A stretch of DNA of 32,000 nucleotides from positions 6,150,001 to 6,182,000 of the forward strand of contig NZ_LN831039.1 of NCBI RefSeq assembly GCF_001457595.1, read 5' to 3'. The translations under genes and the position numbers were made by a program. Positions 8,702 through 20,800 of this stretch are shown here, piece by piece. Position 1 is the stretch's first letter. The number at the start of each line of letters is the position of its first letter. Under the pieces are notes generated by a model. The model saw only the letters and a list, made by a program, of their open reading frames with translations. It had not been told where the DNA came from and did no database searches. This DNA is from Mycolicibacterium smegmatis (GTDB lineage Bacteria; Actinomycetota; Actinomycetes; Mycobacteriales; Mycobacteriaceae).

Positions 8702-8729
8702 AAGACCCCCGGTGATTACCGGGGGTCTT
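8702..8729 (-). terminator. Intrinsic terminator downstream of clpC1
   Basis: Perfect 12-bp stem aagacccccggt / accgggggtctt, 4-nt loop; followed on the minus strand by TTTGTGTGG. Confidence 0.75.
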
Positions 8730-8771
8730 CTGCAACTCAGTGTTCACCTGAAGGCGGTCACCGCGACACGC

Positions 8772-11318
<2,547 letters not shown>

Positions 11319-11542
11319 CGGTGGTTACCTGCTTCCATCACGTAGCGGTACCGACACACATCAGACCTTGTGCAGTCGGAGTGCGTAGTACCTGCCGTCC
11401 ACTCTAATGGGCGGCCGCGCCGGGCGCGGAGGTTGGCGGGCCGTTCCGCTCTGGATTACCCGGTGCTGTGGATATGCAACGCAGTCTTTACGCAGATCGT
11501 TTCCCGATCGGGCACCGAAACAGTTCGCCAGAAGCGAAAAAC

Positions 11543-11569
11543 GCCGGACCGGTGAAAGCCCGGTCCGGC
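11543..11569 (-). terminator. Intrinsic terminator downstream of lsr2
   Basis: 10-bp perfect stem gccggaccgg / ccggtccggc with 7-nt loop; minus-strand continuation GTTTTTCGCTTC (T-tract). Confidence 0.8.
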
Positions 11570-11586
11570 GCGCTGGCAACCTTCCG

Positions 11587-11931
11587 CTACGTTGCCGCGT
11601 GGAATGCGTCGATCACGTCGGCGGGGATCCGGCCGCGCGTCGACACATTGTGCCCGTTGCGGCGGGCCCATTCCCGGATCGCGGCGCTCTGCTCACGGTC
11701 GATGGCACCGCGACCACGGGTCGTGGTGGTGGCGGCGCGACCGCGTTTACGTCCGCCGACGCGACGGCCCGCCTCGACCCACTGCTTCAGATCGTTGCGC
11801 AACTTCGCGGCGTTTTTTGCGGAAAGGTCGATCTCATAGGTCACACCGTCGAGGCCGAATTCCACCGTTTCGTCGGCCGTGGCCTCACCGTCGAAATCAT
11901 CGACAAGCGTGACGGTCACTTTCTTTGCCAT
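11587..11931 (-). CDS. lsr2: Nucleoid-associated protein Lsr2
   Basis: [37 protein letters not shown]... and C-terminal AT-hook-like RGRIP with REWARRNGH. Confidence 0.98.
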   Translation of the reverse strand: MAKKVTVTLVDDFDGEATADETVEFGLDGVTYEIDLSAKNAAKLRNDLKQWVEAGRRVGGRKRGRAATTTTRGRGAIDREQSAAIREWARRNGHNVSTRGRIPADVIDAFHAAT

Positions 11932-12046
11932 TCCCGGGCACCGACCCTTCTGCTAGAGCATTGGTGACTTCTTCGAGTATCTCGCACCCCGGCACCAATG
12001 TGCCACATTGACGCGGGTTCTATCAACAACGCTCAGATCACGCCAG

Positions 12047-13570
12047 TCAGTTGCTGTGACGCCGAACAATCGGGAACAAAACGGTCTCCCTAATAGACAA
12101 CCCTGTCAACGCCATCATCAACCTATCGATGCCCATTCCGGTTCCCGTGGTCGGCGGCATCGCGAACTCCAATGCGGCCAGGAAATCCTCGTCGAGAACC
12201 ATTGCCTCGTCGTCGCCGGCGGCGGCGGCGCGGGCCTGGGCCTCGAAACGCTCGCGCTGGATTACCGGGTCGATGAGTTCGGAGTATCCCGTGGCGAGTT
12301 CGAATTTCCTCACATACAGGTCCCACTTCTCGGTGACCCCTGGAATGCTGCGATGCGCTCGGGTGAGTGGAGTCGTCTCGACGGGGAAGTCGCGCACGAA
12401 CGTCGGGGCCCACAACTTGTCACCGACCGTGTGTTCCCATAGTTCTTCGATCAATTTCCCGTGACCGTAACCGCGGTCACGCGGAATCTCGACCTCAAGT
12501 CGATCCGCAATCTGCCACAACTTCTCGACCGGGGTCTCGGGAGTGATCTCGTCACCGAGTGCCTCCGACAGCGATGGGTACATTTCCACCGTGTCCCATT
12601 CACCGTCGAGATCGTAGACCGTGCCATCGGGCAATGGCACCTGACGCGTGCCGATCGCTTCGTCGGCGACCTCTTGAATAAGTTCTCGGGTGACGGTCGC
12701 GGAATCGTTGTAGTCACCGTAAGCCTGATATGTCTCCAACATCGCGAATTCCGGCGAGTGTGTGGAATCCACACCCTCATTGCGAAAGTTGCGATTCAAC
12801 TCGAAAACCTTCTCAAATCCGCCCACGAGGCAGCGCTTGAGGAACAGTTCCGGCGCGATCCTCAGGTACAGATCGATGTCGAGCGCATTGGAGTGCGTGA
12901 TGAACGGGCGCGCGGCGGCACCGCCGGCGAGCGTCTGCAGCATCGGGGTCTCGACCTCGAGGAATCCGCGCCGTTCGAGCGCCGAACGCACAGCGCGGAC
13001 CACCGCGACGCGCTGGCGGGCGATGGTGCGGGCCTCGGGCCGGACGATGAGGTCGACATAGCGCTGACGCACGCGCGCTTCTTCGCTCATTTCTTTGTGA
13101 GCAACCGGAAGTGGCCGCAGCGCCTTTGCCGCCATCTGCCATCTGTCGGCCAGCACCGACAATTCGCCACGCTTGGAACTGATGACTTCGCCGTGGACGA
13201 ACACGATGTCACCGAGGTCCACGTCACTCTTCCAGGAGTCGAGTGCCTCCTGGCCCACCTGAGCGAGGCTGATCATCACCTGCAGTTGGGTGCCGTCGCC
13301 CTCCTGCAGGGTCGCGAAGCACAACTTGCCCGAGTTGCGGGCAAACACCACGCGGCCGGAGACCCCGACGATCTGGCCGGTCGCGGTGTCGGCGGCCAGG
13401 TCGGGGTGGGCGCGGCGCAGTTCGGCCAGCGTGTGGGTGCGATCGACCTTCACCGGGTACGGATCGTGCCCCTGCGCCAGCAGCCGCTCCCGCTTCTCCT
13501 GACGGATTCGGAACTGCTCGGGGATATCGGCCTGGGGCTGGGACGTGTCGTCACGATCGGCTGGGGTCAC
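12047..13570 (-). CDS. lysS: Class II lysyl-tRNA synthetase
   Basis: 507 aa from GTG 13570; class II motifs ([50 protein letters not shown]); ends FPIVRRHSN*. Confidence 0.96.
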   Translation of the reverse strand: MTPADRDDTSQPQADIPEQFRIRQEKRERLLAQGHDPYPVKVDRTHTLAELRRAHPDLAADTATGQIVGVSGRVVFARNSGKLCFATLQEGDGTQLQVMISLAQVGQEALDSWKSDVDLGDIVFVHGEVISSKRGELSVLADRWQMAAKALRPLPVAHKEMSEEARVRQRYVDLIVRPEARTIARQRVAVVRAVRSALERRGFLEVETPMLQTLAGGAAARPFITHSNALDIDLYLRIAPELFLKRCLVGGFEKVFELNRNFRNEGVDSTHSPEFAMLETYQAYGDYNDSATVTRELIQEVADEAIGTRQVPLPDGTVYDLDGEWDTVEMYPSLSEALGDEITPETPVEKLWQIADRLEVEIPRDRGYGHGKLIEELWEHTVGDKLWAPTFVRDFPVETTPLTRAHRSIPGVTEKWDLYVRKFELATGYSELIDPVIQRERFEAQARAAAAGDDEAMVLDEDFLAALEFAMPPTTGTGMGIDRLMMALTGLSIRETVLFPIVRRHSN

Positions 13571-13593
13571 GAAATCCCAGCTTAAATGAACGC

Positions 13594-14832
13594 GTGAACG
13601 CACCTCGGAACGCTCCGCGCCTGGCCGCACTCGCCGACGCACCCGTCGACTGGCGGTTCAAGGGTCTGCCCGCGTCATGGGCCGGCCGCACCCCCGCCGA
13701 CATCGTCGGAGCGCGGGTGGGGCTGTTCGACGGCGACGGCCCGCTGGGCCCGGTGTGTGTGCTGTCCGAATCCGCTGTGGCCCACAACCTTGCGACGATG
13801 GCGCGCTGGTGCGCCGAGCGCGGCGTCGAACTCGCGCCGCACGGCAAGACCCACATGGCGCCGCAACTGCTGGCCCGGCAATTCGAGGCGGGTGCGTGCG
13901 CGGTGACCGCAGCGACGGTGAGCCAGGTGCGGGTGTTCCGGGCGTTCGGGTTCGACCGCTTCGTCATCGCCAACGAGGTCACCGACCCGGCCGGACTGGC
14001 GTGGCTGGCCCACGAACTCGATGCCGATCCCGGGTTCGGGGTGGTGTGCTGGGTCGATTCGGTGGCCGGTGCCGAGCTCATGACCGCGGCTCTGCGCCGC
14101 TCGGGTGCCCGGCGCAGGCTCGACGTGTGCGTCGAGGTCGGGATGGACGGCGGCCGCACCGGCTGCCGCACCACGGCCGAAGTCGACGCCGTGGCCCGAG
14201 CCGTGGTGGACAGCCCGCGGCTGCGGCTGGTCGGGGTGTCCGGCTACGAGGCCGCGACCGGCCAGGACGTGACGCAGGAGGCGATCGACGGGGTCCGCGC
14301 CTACCTGGACGGGCTGCGGGCCGCCGTGCTGCGCCTGACCGCGCAGTTCGAGACCGACGAGGTCATCGTCACCGCGGGCGGCAGCACGTACTTCGACCAC
14401 GTCGCCGATGTGTTGACCGGAGACTGGCCCACCGGGTCGCGGGTGCGCACCATCCTGCGCAGCGGGTGTTATCTCACCCACGACGACGGGCTCTATGCCC
14501 GCACGTCGCCGCTGTCGTTGCGGGCGGCGCTGCGGGTGTGGGGGCAGGTGGTGTCGCGGCCCGAGCCCCGGCTGGCGCTGGTGGCCATGGGCAGGCGCGA
14601 CGTCTCGTTCGACCAGGGCATGCCGACGCCGCTGGGCCTACCCGGGGGTGTCGTGGACAAGCTCAACGACCAGCACGCGTTCGTGCGGCTCGGACCACAC
14701 GACACGCCCGCGGTGGGCGCGTGGCTGGAATTCGGGATCTCCCACCCGTGCACGACGTTCGACAAGTGGCAGCTGATTCCGGTGCTCGACGACGACGGCA
14801 TCGTCGTCGACCTGGTGCGGACGTTCTTCTGA
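13594..14832 (+). CDS. PLP-dependent alanine racemase/D-serine dehydratase-like (DSD1-like) enzyme
   Basis: [17 protein letters not shown]-lysine region, C-terminal zinc-type [17 protein letters not shown]; GTG start 23 bp from divergent lysS. Confidence 0.83.
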   Translation: MNAPRNAPRLAALADAPVDWRFKGLPASWAGRTPADIVGARVGLFDGDGPLGPVCVLSESAVAHNLATMARWCAERGVELAPHGKTHMAPQLLARQFEAGACAVTAATVSQVRVFRAFGFDRFVIANEVTDPAGLAWLAHELDADPGFGVVCWVDSVAGAELMTAALRRSGARRRLDVCVEVGMDGGRTGCRTTAEVDAVARAVVDSPRLRLVGVSGYEAATGQDVTQEAIDGVRAYLDGLRAAVLRLTAQFETDEVIVTAGGSTYFDHVADVLTGDWPTGSRVRTILRSGCYLTHDDGLYARTSPLSLRAALRVWGQVVSRPEPRLALVAMGRRDVSFDQGMPTPLGLPGGVVDKLNDQHAFVRLGPHDTPAVGAWLEFGISHPCTTFDKWQLIPVLDDDGIVVDLVRTFF

Positions 14833-15648
14833 TCAGCGGGCAGGCTTGAGCTTGCCGCGCTGATTGGCGCGGTTGCGCTCGAAGACCAGCCGCAGGCCGT
14901 CGAGCGTGAGGTGGCGGTCGTAGTGCTCGACCGTGCGCAGATCGGGAAGCACCAGCGGCGCGGTGTGCCCCGTGGCGACCACCGCGACATCGGCGCCCGA
15001 GAAACCGTCGACGTCATCGCGGATGCGGTTCACCAGGCCGTCGACCAGGCCCGCGAACCCGAACACCGCACCGGCCTGCATGCACTCGACGGTGTTCTTG
15101 CCGATCACCGAGCGGGGCCGGGTCAGCTCGACGCGGCGCAGGGCGGCCGAACGCGCCGCCGCGGCGTCGGAGGACACCTGCACGCCGGGTGCGATCGCGC
15201 CGCCGAGGAACTCGCCCTTGGCCGAGACCACGTCGACGCAGATCGACGAACCGAAGTCCACCACGATCGCCGCGGTGCCGTATTTGTGGTACGCCGCAAG
15301 GCAGTTCACGATCCGATCGGCGCCGACTTCCTTGGGGTTGTCGACCAGCAGCGGGATGCCTGTGCGCACACCGGGTTCGATCAGCACATGTGGCACGTTG
15401 GGCCAGTACTGCTCGAGCATGACCCGCACCTCGTGCAGCACCGACGGCACCGTGGACAGCCCCGAGGCACCGGTGAGGCGCTCGGCGTCGTCACCGATGA
15501 GGCCGTCGATGGTGAGCGCCAACTCGTCCGCGGTGACCTCGGGTTCGGTGCGGATGCGCCACTGCTGCACCACTTTTGCGTGGTCACCGGATCCGGAGAT
15601 GAGGCCGACGACGGTGTGGGTGTTACGGACGTCGATCGCGAGCAGCAC
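14833..15648 (-). CDS. coaX: Type III pantothenate kinase
   Basis: [16 protein letters not shown]-terminal motif, [30 protein letters not shown]; GTG start 15648. Confidence 0.93.
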   Translation of the reverse strand: MLLAIDVRNTHTVVGLISGSGDHAKVVQQWRIRTEPEVTADELALTIDGLIGDDAERLTGASGLSTVPSVLHEVRVMLEQYWPNVPHVLIEPGVRTGIPLLVDNPKEVGADRIVNCLAAYHKYGTAAIVVDFGSSICVDVVSAKGEFLGGAIAPGVQVSSDAAAARSAALRRVELTRPRSVIGKNTVECMQAGAVFGFAGLVDGLVNRIRDDVDGFSGADVAVVATGHTAPLVLPDLRTVEHYDRHLTLDGLRLVFERNRANQRGKLKPAR

Positions 15649-15652
15649 GGGT

Positions 15653-15724
15653 CTACCTCGGCGCCACGGCGGCGGACCCGGCCCGCGCCCGGTGGCTCCT
15701 GCACTTCGGCATGGTGGGCCGCAT
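15653..15724 (-). pseudogene. Putative panD (aspartate 1-decarboxylase) remnant: 23-codon ORF overlapping the panC stop
   Basis: [26 protein letters not shown]; first 13 residues resemble the canonical PanD start MLRTMLKSKIHRA (7/13 positions) at the site where panD lies in M. tuberculosis. Confidence 0.5.
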
Positions 15725-16668
15725 CAGTTCCTCCAGGGCAGTTCGTGGTTCTGGTCGTTGCCGACCCGGGGGTGGCCGTCGATGCCCGCGGACGCACCGA
15801 CGTCGATCGCGATGTTGTCGATCAGGCGTGTGCGGCCCAGGCGCGCGGCGACCAGCAGGCGCGCCTGCCCCTCGGCCGGCGCGGGCCCGAGCATGGGGTC
15901 GCGCACCTGCAGGTAGTCGACCTCGAGGGCGGGCACCTCGTCGAGCACAGCCCGCGCCGCGTCGAGTGCGGCCTCGGCACCGCCTGCGGCGGCGTACTTC
16001 CCGGCCAGCAGGGCGGCCGACAGCGCGCCTGCCTGTTCACGCTGGTCCTTGTCGAGGTAGCGGTTGCGCGACGACAGCGCGAGGCCGTCGGATTCGCGGA
16101 CCGTGGGCACGCCGACGATCTGGACGTCGACGTTGAGGTCGGCCACCATCTGTCTCAGCAGCGTGAGTTGCTGGTAGTCCTTCTCGCCGAAGTACGCGCG
16201 GTCGGGGCGAACGATCGAGAAGAGCTTGAGCACCACAGTGAGGACACCCGCGAAATGGCCTGGGCGCGAGGAACCTTCGAGATCATCGCCGAGAGGTCCG
16301 GGGTGAACGCTGGTGCGGGTGCCGTCGGGGTACATGTCGGATCCGGTTGGCGTGAACACGATCTCGACACCCTCGGCGCGCAGCGCGGTCAGGTCGTCTT
16401 CGAGGGTGCGCGGATACGCGTCGAGGTCCTCGTTGGGCCCGAACTGCAGGGGGTTGACGAAGATCGACACCACGACCACCGCGCCGGGTGTGCGTTTGGC
16501 GGCCCGCACGAGCGTCAGGTGGCCCTCGTGCAGCGCACCCATGGTGGGCACCAGCACGATGCGCCGTCCGGCGGTCCGCAACGCCCGGGTGACCGCGGCG
16601 ACGTCGGCGGGCGCCGAGTACACGTTGAGTTCACCCGCGCTGAACTTCGGTGTTCTGCTGATCGTCAT
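15724..16668 (-). CDS. panC: Pantothenate synthetase
   Basis: [56 protein letters not shown]. Confidence 0.97.
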   Translation of the reverse strand: MTISRTPKFSAGELNVYSAPADVAAVTRALRTAGRRIVLVPTMGALHEGHLTLVRAAKRTPGAVVVVSIFVNPLQFGPNEDLDAYPRTLEDDLTALRAEGVEIVFTPTGSDMYPDGTRTSVHPGPLGDDLEGSSRPGHFAGVLTVVLKLFSIVRPDRAYFGEKDYQQLTLLRQMVADLNVDVQIVGVPTVRESDGLALSSRNRYLDKDQREQAGALSAALLAGKYAAAGGAEAALDAARAVLDEVPALEVDYLQVRDPMLGPAPAEGQARLLVAARLGRTRLIDNIAIDVGASAGIDGHPRVGNDQNHELPWRN

Positions 16669-17612
16669 CCTCGACTCGCTTCCGACAGCACCTCGAAGAC
16701 CGCTTCGGGTGCGTGAGCACGCTGGGCGGTTCGCAGTGAATTCGCCCGATACGACTGCGCCAGTTGGGGTTCCACCTCGGCCAGGGCCGTCAGGTGCGCC
16801 GCGACGGCCGCGGCGTCACCGCGGGCGACCGGCCCGGTCAGCGCGGACTGACCGCGCTGCAACGCGTTCTCCAGGGCCGCACGGGCCAACGGTGCGATGA
16901 CACGTTCGGCGAGACCACCCGGTTCGTCACCGACGAGTTCCTGGCCCAGCAGTTCCTGCCCGCGCAGCGAGGATCGCAGCGCCTCGACCGCGTCGAGAAC
17001 CAGCGTCACCAGGTGGTTGCTGCCGTGCGCGAGTGCCGCGTGGTACTGCGCTCTGGCGTCCTCGCGCACCCGGAACGGCTCACCACCGATCTCCAGTACG
17101 AGCGACTGGCCGATGGCGTAACCGATCTCGTCGGCCGCGGTGATGCCGAAGCACGTACCGGGAAGACGCGAGATGTCCTCGTCGGAACCGGTGAACGTCA
17201 TCGCGGGGTGGATCGCCAAGGGCACGCAACCCTGCTCGGTGAGCGGGGCAAGGATGCCCACGCCGTTGGCACCCGAGGTGTGCACCACGATGGTGCCGGG
17301 CCGCACCGAACCCGTCGTCGCCAAACCTTTGACGAGGCCCGACAGTTCGGCGTCGGGAACGCTGAGCAGCAGCAGTTCGGCCCGCCGCGCGACATCGTGC
17401 ACGGGCAGGATCGCGGTGTCGGGCAGTCTGCGCTCGGCACGCTGGCGCGACGCGCGGGAGATGGCGCTGCACGCCACCACCACATGTTCGACGCGTTCCA
17501 GGGCGTATCCGAGCGCGGTACCGACCCGGCCTGCGGAGATGATCCCCACACTCAGCCGGGCCGGGCGCAGTCCGTCAGGCGGGGACCACCCGCTCTCGGG
17601 GGGCTGCTCCAT
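16665..17612 (-). CDS. Rossmann-like / DUF2520 domain protein (Rv3603c-like)
   Basis: [17 protein letters not shown] nucleotide-binding motif, [16 protein letters not shown]; 4-nt overlap with panC. Confidence 0.9.
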   Translation of the reverse strand: MEQPPESGWSPPDGLRPARLSVGIISAGRVGTALGYALERVEHVVVACSAISRASRQRAERRLPDTAILPVHDVARRAELLLLSVPDAELSGLVKGLATTGSVRPGTIVVHTSGANGVGILAPLTEQGCVPLAIHPAMTFTGSDEDISRLPGTCFGITAADEIGYAIGQSLVLEIGGEPFRVREDARAQYHAALAHGSNHLVTLVLDAVEALRSSLRGQELLGQELVGDEPGGLAERVIAPLARAALENALQRGQSALTGPVARGDAAAVAAHLTALAEVEPQLAQSYRANSLRTAQRAHAPEAVFEVLSEASRG

Positions 17613-17692
17613 TGCAGACGAACCTCACGGATCGAAGTGGTCGAACGTTCCGGTCCCACGCTGCGGGTACCGGACGGTGCCACGAGACTAAC

Positions 17693-19342
17693 TCACTCGT
17701 CGCGACGGCGACGACGCCCGCCTGTGGTGGGGGCGGCCTGGAACCGAGCGAGAAGCTCGGCGGCCGACTGGCCGTTCGCGTGCTGTCCCCGTGGTTCCTC
17801 GTCGGCGCTGCGATGCCGCCGCGGCGGTGGCGGTGTCGCGGATTCGGCCGCCAGCGCGGGGGCGGCCGCATCGGCCGGCGTGGTTTCGCCGGTGTCGTCC
17901 TGCTCTGCTGCCGTGCTCTCGGCGTCGGCTCCCGCGGCGTAGTGGCGCCCCCTCGGCCGCTCCGGGCGCTCGGGCGGTTCGGGTGGGGCCATGACGGGCG
18001 GCACCGGGCCGGACTGTTCCGGCGCCGGCTCCGGTGCCGGCTCGGCAGGCGCGGTGGGCTCGGGGTTCTCGGCGGGCTCGGGTGCGCGACGCCTGCCGAC
18101 GTACTCGGTGGCGGTCTCCGGGGCGGATTCGGTGGCCGCCCCGTTCTGGGGCTGCACCGGGGCGGTCCAATTGCTGCCCGGGGCGCCCGCGGGGATCCAC
18201 TGGCCTTCCGCGGGTGCGGGCCGCCAGCCGCCACCCTCGATCGTCGGCGACGGTTGCAACGGCGGCATCGACGGCGGTGGCGGCGGAGGCGCCCAGGCCG
18301 AGACCGGCTCGGGTGCCGGTTGCGGTGCGGGCTGGGGCTCGGGCGCACGCTCCGGTTCCGCCTGGCGCGGCGGCGCCTGAGGAGGAGCTGCCGGAGGGGG
18401 CGTCTGGGGAGGAGCCGGTGGGGTCGGCTGATGCTCGGCCTGCGGAGCCGGCGCCTGCTCCTCGTCGAGGCGACGGCGGCGGCGCCTGCGCGGCTCATCG
18501 GAGGGTTGCGGGGTGACCTGCGGGCCCGGTTGGGGGGTGGGGTGGGAGGGGAAGCGGTGCGCTCCCCCGTCGGCGGGCCGACGATCGAAGCCACCGTCGG
18601 CGGGCCGACGATCGAAGCCACCGTCGGCGGGCCGACGATCGAAGCCACCGTCGGCGGGCCGACGATCGAAACCACCGTCGGCGGGCCGACGATCGAAACC
18701 ACCGTCGGCGGGGCGACGATCGAAACTCCACTCGTCCTCGGGCGGGTGCGGCTCGGCCGGGACGTCGATGATGGGGCTCTCCTCGGTGCGTTCCGAGCGG
18801 TAGTCCCGGATGTCGGTGGTCTCCACGTCGGGCACGTCGAGGCGGCTCGCGTGGACACGGCCCGCCGGCCGCGCGGCGGCGCGGTCGGTTTCCAGCGCGG
18901 GCCGGTGCGCGAGGTCGGCGTCGAACAGGATCTCCAGGTTGGCCCGCAGCGCGGCCAGCTCGGCGCGCAGCGCGGCAACCTCGTCGGCGGCCTGCGCACG
19001 CAGTTCGGAGGCCAGCTCGCGGCGCAGCTGGGTCTCGACGGTCAGCTCGTATTCGCGCCGCGCCGAGATCTCGCGATCGAGCTGCAGGTCGTAGACGAGT
19101 TTGAGGTCGCGCGCCTTGGCCTGGTCGAGATCGCTCTGGCGGCGGTAGATGACGGAGACGAACGCCGCCACCACGGCGGCCCACAGTGCCAGGATGACGG
19201 CTAGTTTCAGCAACTCCACACGGTTGGTGAACACCAGCGCCGAACTCGCAAGAATGGCGAGTACCAGCAACACCGTTAAGAGCAGCCAGCCTGGCCTTCG
19301 GCCGCCGCGCCGTGGCCGAACACCGCGGGGCGGAACAGTCAT
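17693..19342 (-). CDS. Conserved membrane protein with Pro-rich C-terminus and internal tandem repeats (Rv3604c-like)
   Basis: Two N-terminal TM helices (WLLLTVLLVLAILASSALVFT; LAVILALWAAVVAAFVSVIY), coiled region, FDRRPADGG repeats; start taken at MTVPPRG (in-frame start also at 19369). Confidence 0.85.
   Translation of the reverse strand: MTVPPRGVRPRRGGRRPGWLLLTVLLVLAILASSALVFTNRVELLKLAVILALWAAVVAAFVSVIYRRQSDLDQAKARDLKLVYDLQLDREISARREYELTVETQLRRELASELRAQAADEVAALRAELAALRANLEILFDADLAHRPALETDRAAARPAGRVHASRLDVPDVETTDIRDYRSERTEESPIIDVPAEPHPPEDEWSFDRRPADGGFDRRPADGGFDRRPADGGFDRRPADGGFDRRPADGGFDRRPADGGAHRFPSHPTPQPGPQVTPQPSDEPRRRRRRRLDEEQAPAPQAEHQPTPPAPPQTPPPAAPPQAPPRQAEPERAPEPQPAPQPAPEPVSAWAPPPPPPSMPPLQPSPTIEGGGWRPAPAEGQWIPAGAPGSNWTAPVQPQNGAATESAPETATEYVGRRRAPEPAENPEPTAPAEPAPEPAPEQSGPVPPVMAPPEPPERPERPRGRHYAAGADAESTAAEQDDTGETTPADAAAPALAAESATPPPPRRHRSADEEPRGQHANGQSAAELLARFQAAPTTGGRRRRRDE
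18567..18728 (-). repeat. In-frame 27-bp tandem repeat (about 6 units) encoding FDRRPADGG
   Basis: Units of ccgtcggcgggccgacgatcgaa(g/a)cca at 18567, 18594, 18621, 18648, 18675 and a degenerate sixth from 18702. Confidence 0.95.
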
Positions 19343-19419
19343 GCGCCGACTGTACCTGTCACAGGTCACCTAGCGTGTCGACCACCACGGCGATTCGGCG
19401 ATCTGACCGGAGCACAACG

Positions 19420-19896
19420 TCATTCGGGGACGGCATCGCCGTCCTCGGGTGGTTCCTCCGGCGACTTGCAGCAATGCTGCAACCACAGCCCGGCGATCGC
19501 GAGCGCCAGCGCGCACAGCGCGGCCACCACCACACCGGGGGTGTCCTCGCCCGCGACCCGGATGGTCGTCCGCCGCGGCAGCAGGTACACCAGAACCCCG
19601 ACCCACCAGCCCGCGACCAGCGCACCGACCCATGCAGAGGCCTTGGCGATCACCACCGAACGCGCGACGGTCAGTGGGTCGAGGCGACCCGCTCCGACGC
19701 CGATCTGCCCGTCGTTGATCTTGGCGCGAACGTAGAAGCCCCAGCCCGCCTCGAACGCCGCGACACCGAGCAGCGACAGGCCGGTCCACACCGTGATGGG
19801 CGGGAACCACCGGTAGAGCGCATGGATCAGCAGATAGCTGAGCAGGGCCGCCGCAACGGCCGCGCCCACCAGGTCGCGCTTGCGGGTCGGCCCCAT
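19420..19896 (-). CDS. DUF3180 membrane protein (Rv3605c-like)
   Basis: [30 protein letters not shown]..., four hydrophobic segments; start codon overlaps folK stop by 1 nt. Confidence 0.9.
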   Translation of the reverse strand: MGPTRKRDLVGAAVAAALLSYLLIHALYRWFPPITVWTGLSLLGVAAFEAGWGFYVRAKINDGQIGVGAGRLDPLTVARSVVIAKASAWVGALVAGWWVGVLVYLLPRRTTIRVAGEDTPGVVVAALCALALAIAGLWLQHCCKSPEEPPEDGDAVPE

Positions 19897-20432
19897 CAGC
19901 CGGCTGCGGTTTCGGTCCGGATGTCGAGCACCAGGTCGGTGCGCGTGACCCCGTCCCGCTCGGACTGGTCGATCTCCGACAGCAGGCGCTGCACCGGACG
20001 TGACTCGCCTGCGACCGTGAGCGTCGCGTCCGGGTCGACGTCCAGCCACGGGATCAGCACAAACGCCCGCAGGTGCGCGAGCGGGTGCGGCAGCGTCAGT
20101 CCCTCGTCGCGCGAGATGATCTCGTCGGCCCCGTCGTGGCACGTGATCAGGTCGACGTCGAGCGTGCGGGGGCCCCAGCGTTGCCCGCGGACCCGGCCTG
20201 CCGCGGCCTCGAGCTCCTGTGCGCGCCGCAGCCACCCGTGCCCGTCGAGATCCGGGTCGTCGGCCAGCAGTACGGCGTTGAGGAACGGGCCCTGCTCTTC
20301 GAAGCCCCACGCCGCGGTCTCGTACACCGCGGAGACCGCGCGCACCGCAGGCCCGAGACCGTCGAGCACCGACTGCAGCCGCGTGAGCCGGTCCCCGAGA
20401 TTCGACCCGATGGAAAGCACCGTTGAGGTCAT
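19896..20432 (-). CDS. folK: 2-amino-4-hydroxy-6-hydroxymethyldihydropteridine diphosphokinase
   Basis: [38 protein letters not shown]. Confidence 0.96.
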   Translation of the reverse strand: MTSTVLSIGSNLGDRLTRLQSVLDGLGPAVRAVSAVYETAAWGFEEQGPFLNAVLLADDPDLDGHGWLRRAQELEAAAGRVRGQRWGPRTLDVDLITCHDGADEIISRDEGLTLPHPLAHLRAFVLIPWLDVDPDATLTVAGESRPVQRLLSEIDQSERDGVTRTDLVLDIRTETAAG

Positions 20433-20800
20433 CTGCCACCTCTCCGCGATCGCCGCGCCACCACGGCAACATCATCGAATGTCAGCGGGATCGGCGCACT
20501 GGGCTTGTGGACGACGACCTCGACCGCGTGCAGGCGTTCGTCGGTCATGATGCCGTCGGCGATCTCCGCCGATACCGTCTCGATCAGATTGCGGGGCGTG
20601 CCCGCGACGATGTCGGCGGCACGCTGCGCGAGCGCGCCGTAGTCGAGCGTGTCGGCCAGGTCGTCGGACACGGCCGCGGGCCGCAGGTCCATCCACACCG
20701 TGATGTCGACGACGAAGTCCTGGCCGTCGGCGCGTTCGTGGTCGAAGACGCCGTGGTTGCCGCGGACCCGCAGTCCCCGCAACTCGATCCGGTCAGCCAA
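20429..20800 (-). CDS. folB: Dihydroneopterin aldolase
   Basis: [33 protein letters not shown]; 4-nt overlap with folK. Confidence 0.95.
   Translation of the reverse strand: MADRIELRGLRVRGNHGVFDHERADGQDFVVDITVWMDLRPAAVSDDLADTLDYGALAQRAADIVAGTPRNLIETVSAEIADGIMTDERLHAVEVVVHKPSAPIPLTFDDVAVVARRSRRGGR

Noticed and set aside
14911-16716. 601-aa plus-strand ORF spanning coaX and panC
   Set aside because: Crosses two confidently identified minus-strand genes; codon-bias artefact.
18567-18728. Possible CRISPR-like array
   Set aside because: The units are contiguous without unique spacers and keep the reading frame; it is a coding minisatellite.
17612-19204. 530-aa plus-strand ORF with GGPTIEATV repeats
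   Set aside because: The repeat is the antisense reading of the FDRRPADGG 27-bp tandem repeat; the minus-strand frame has TM helices and fits synteny.
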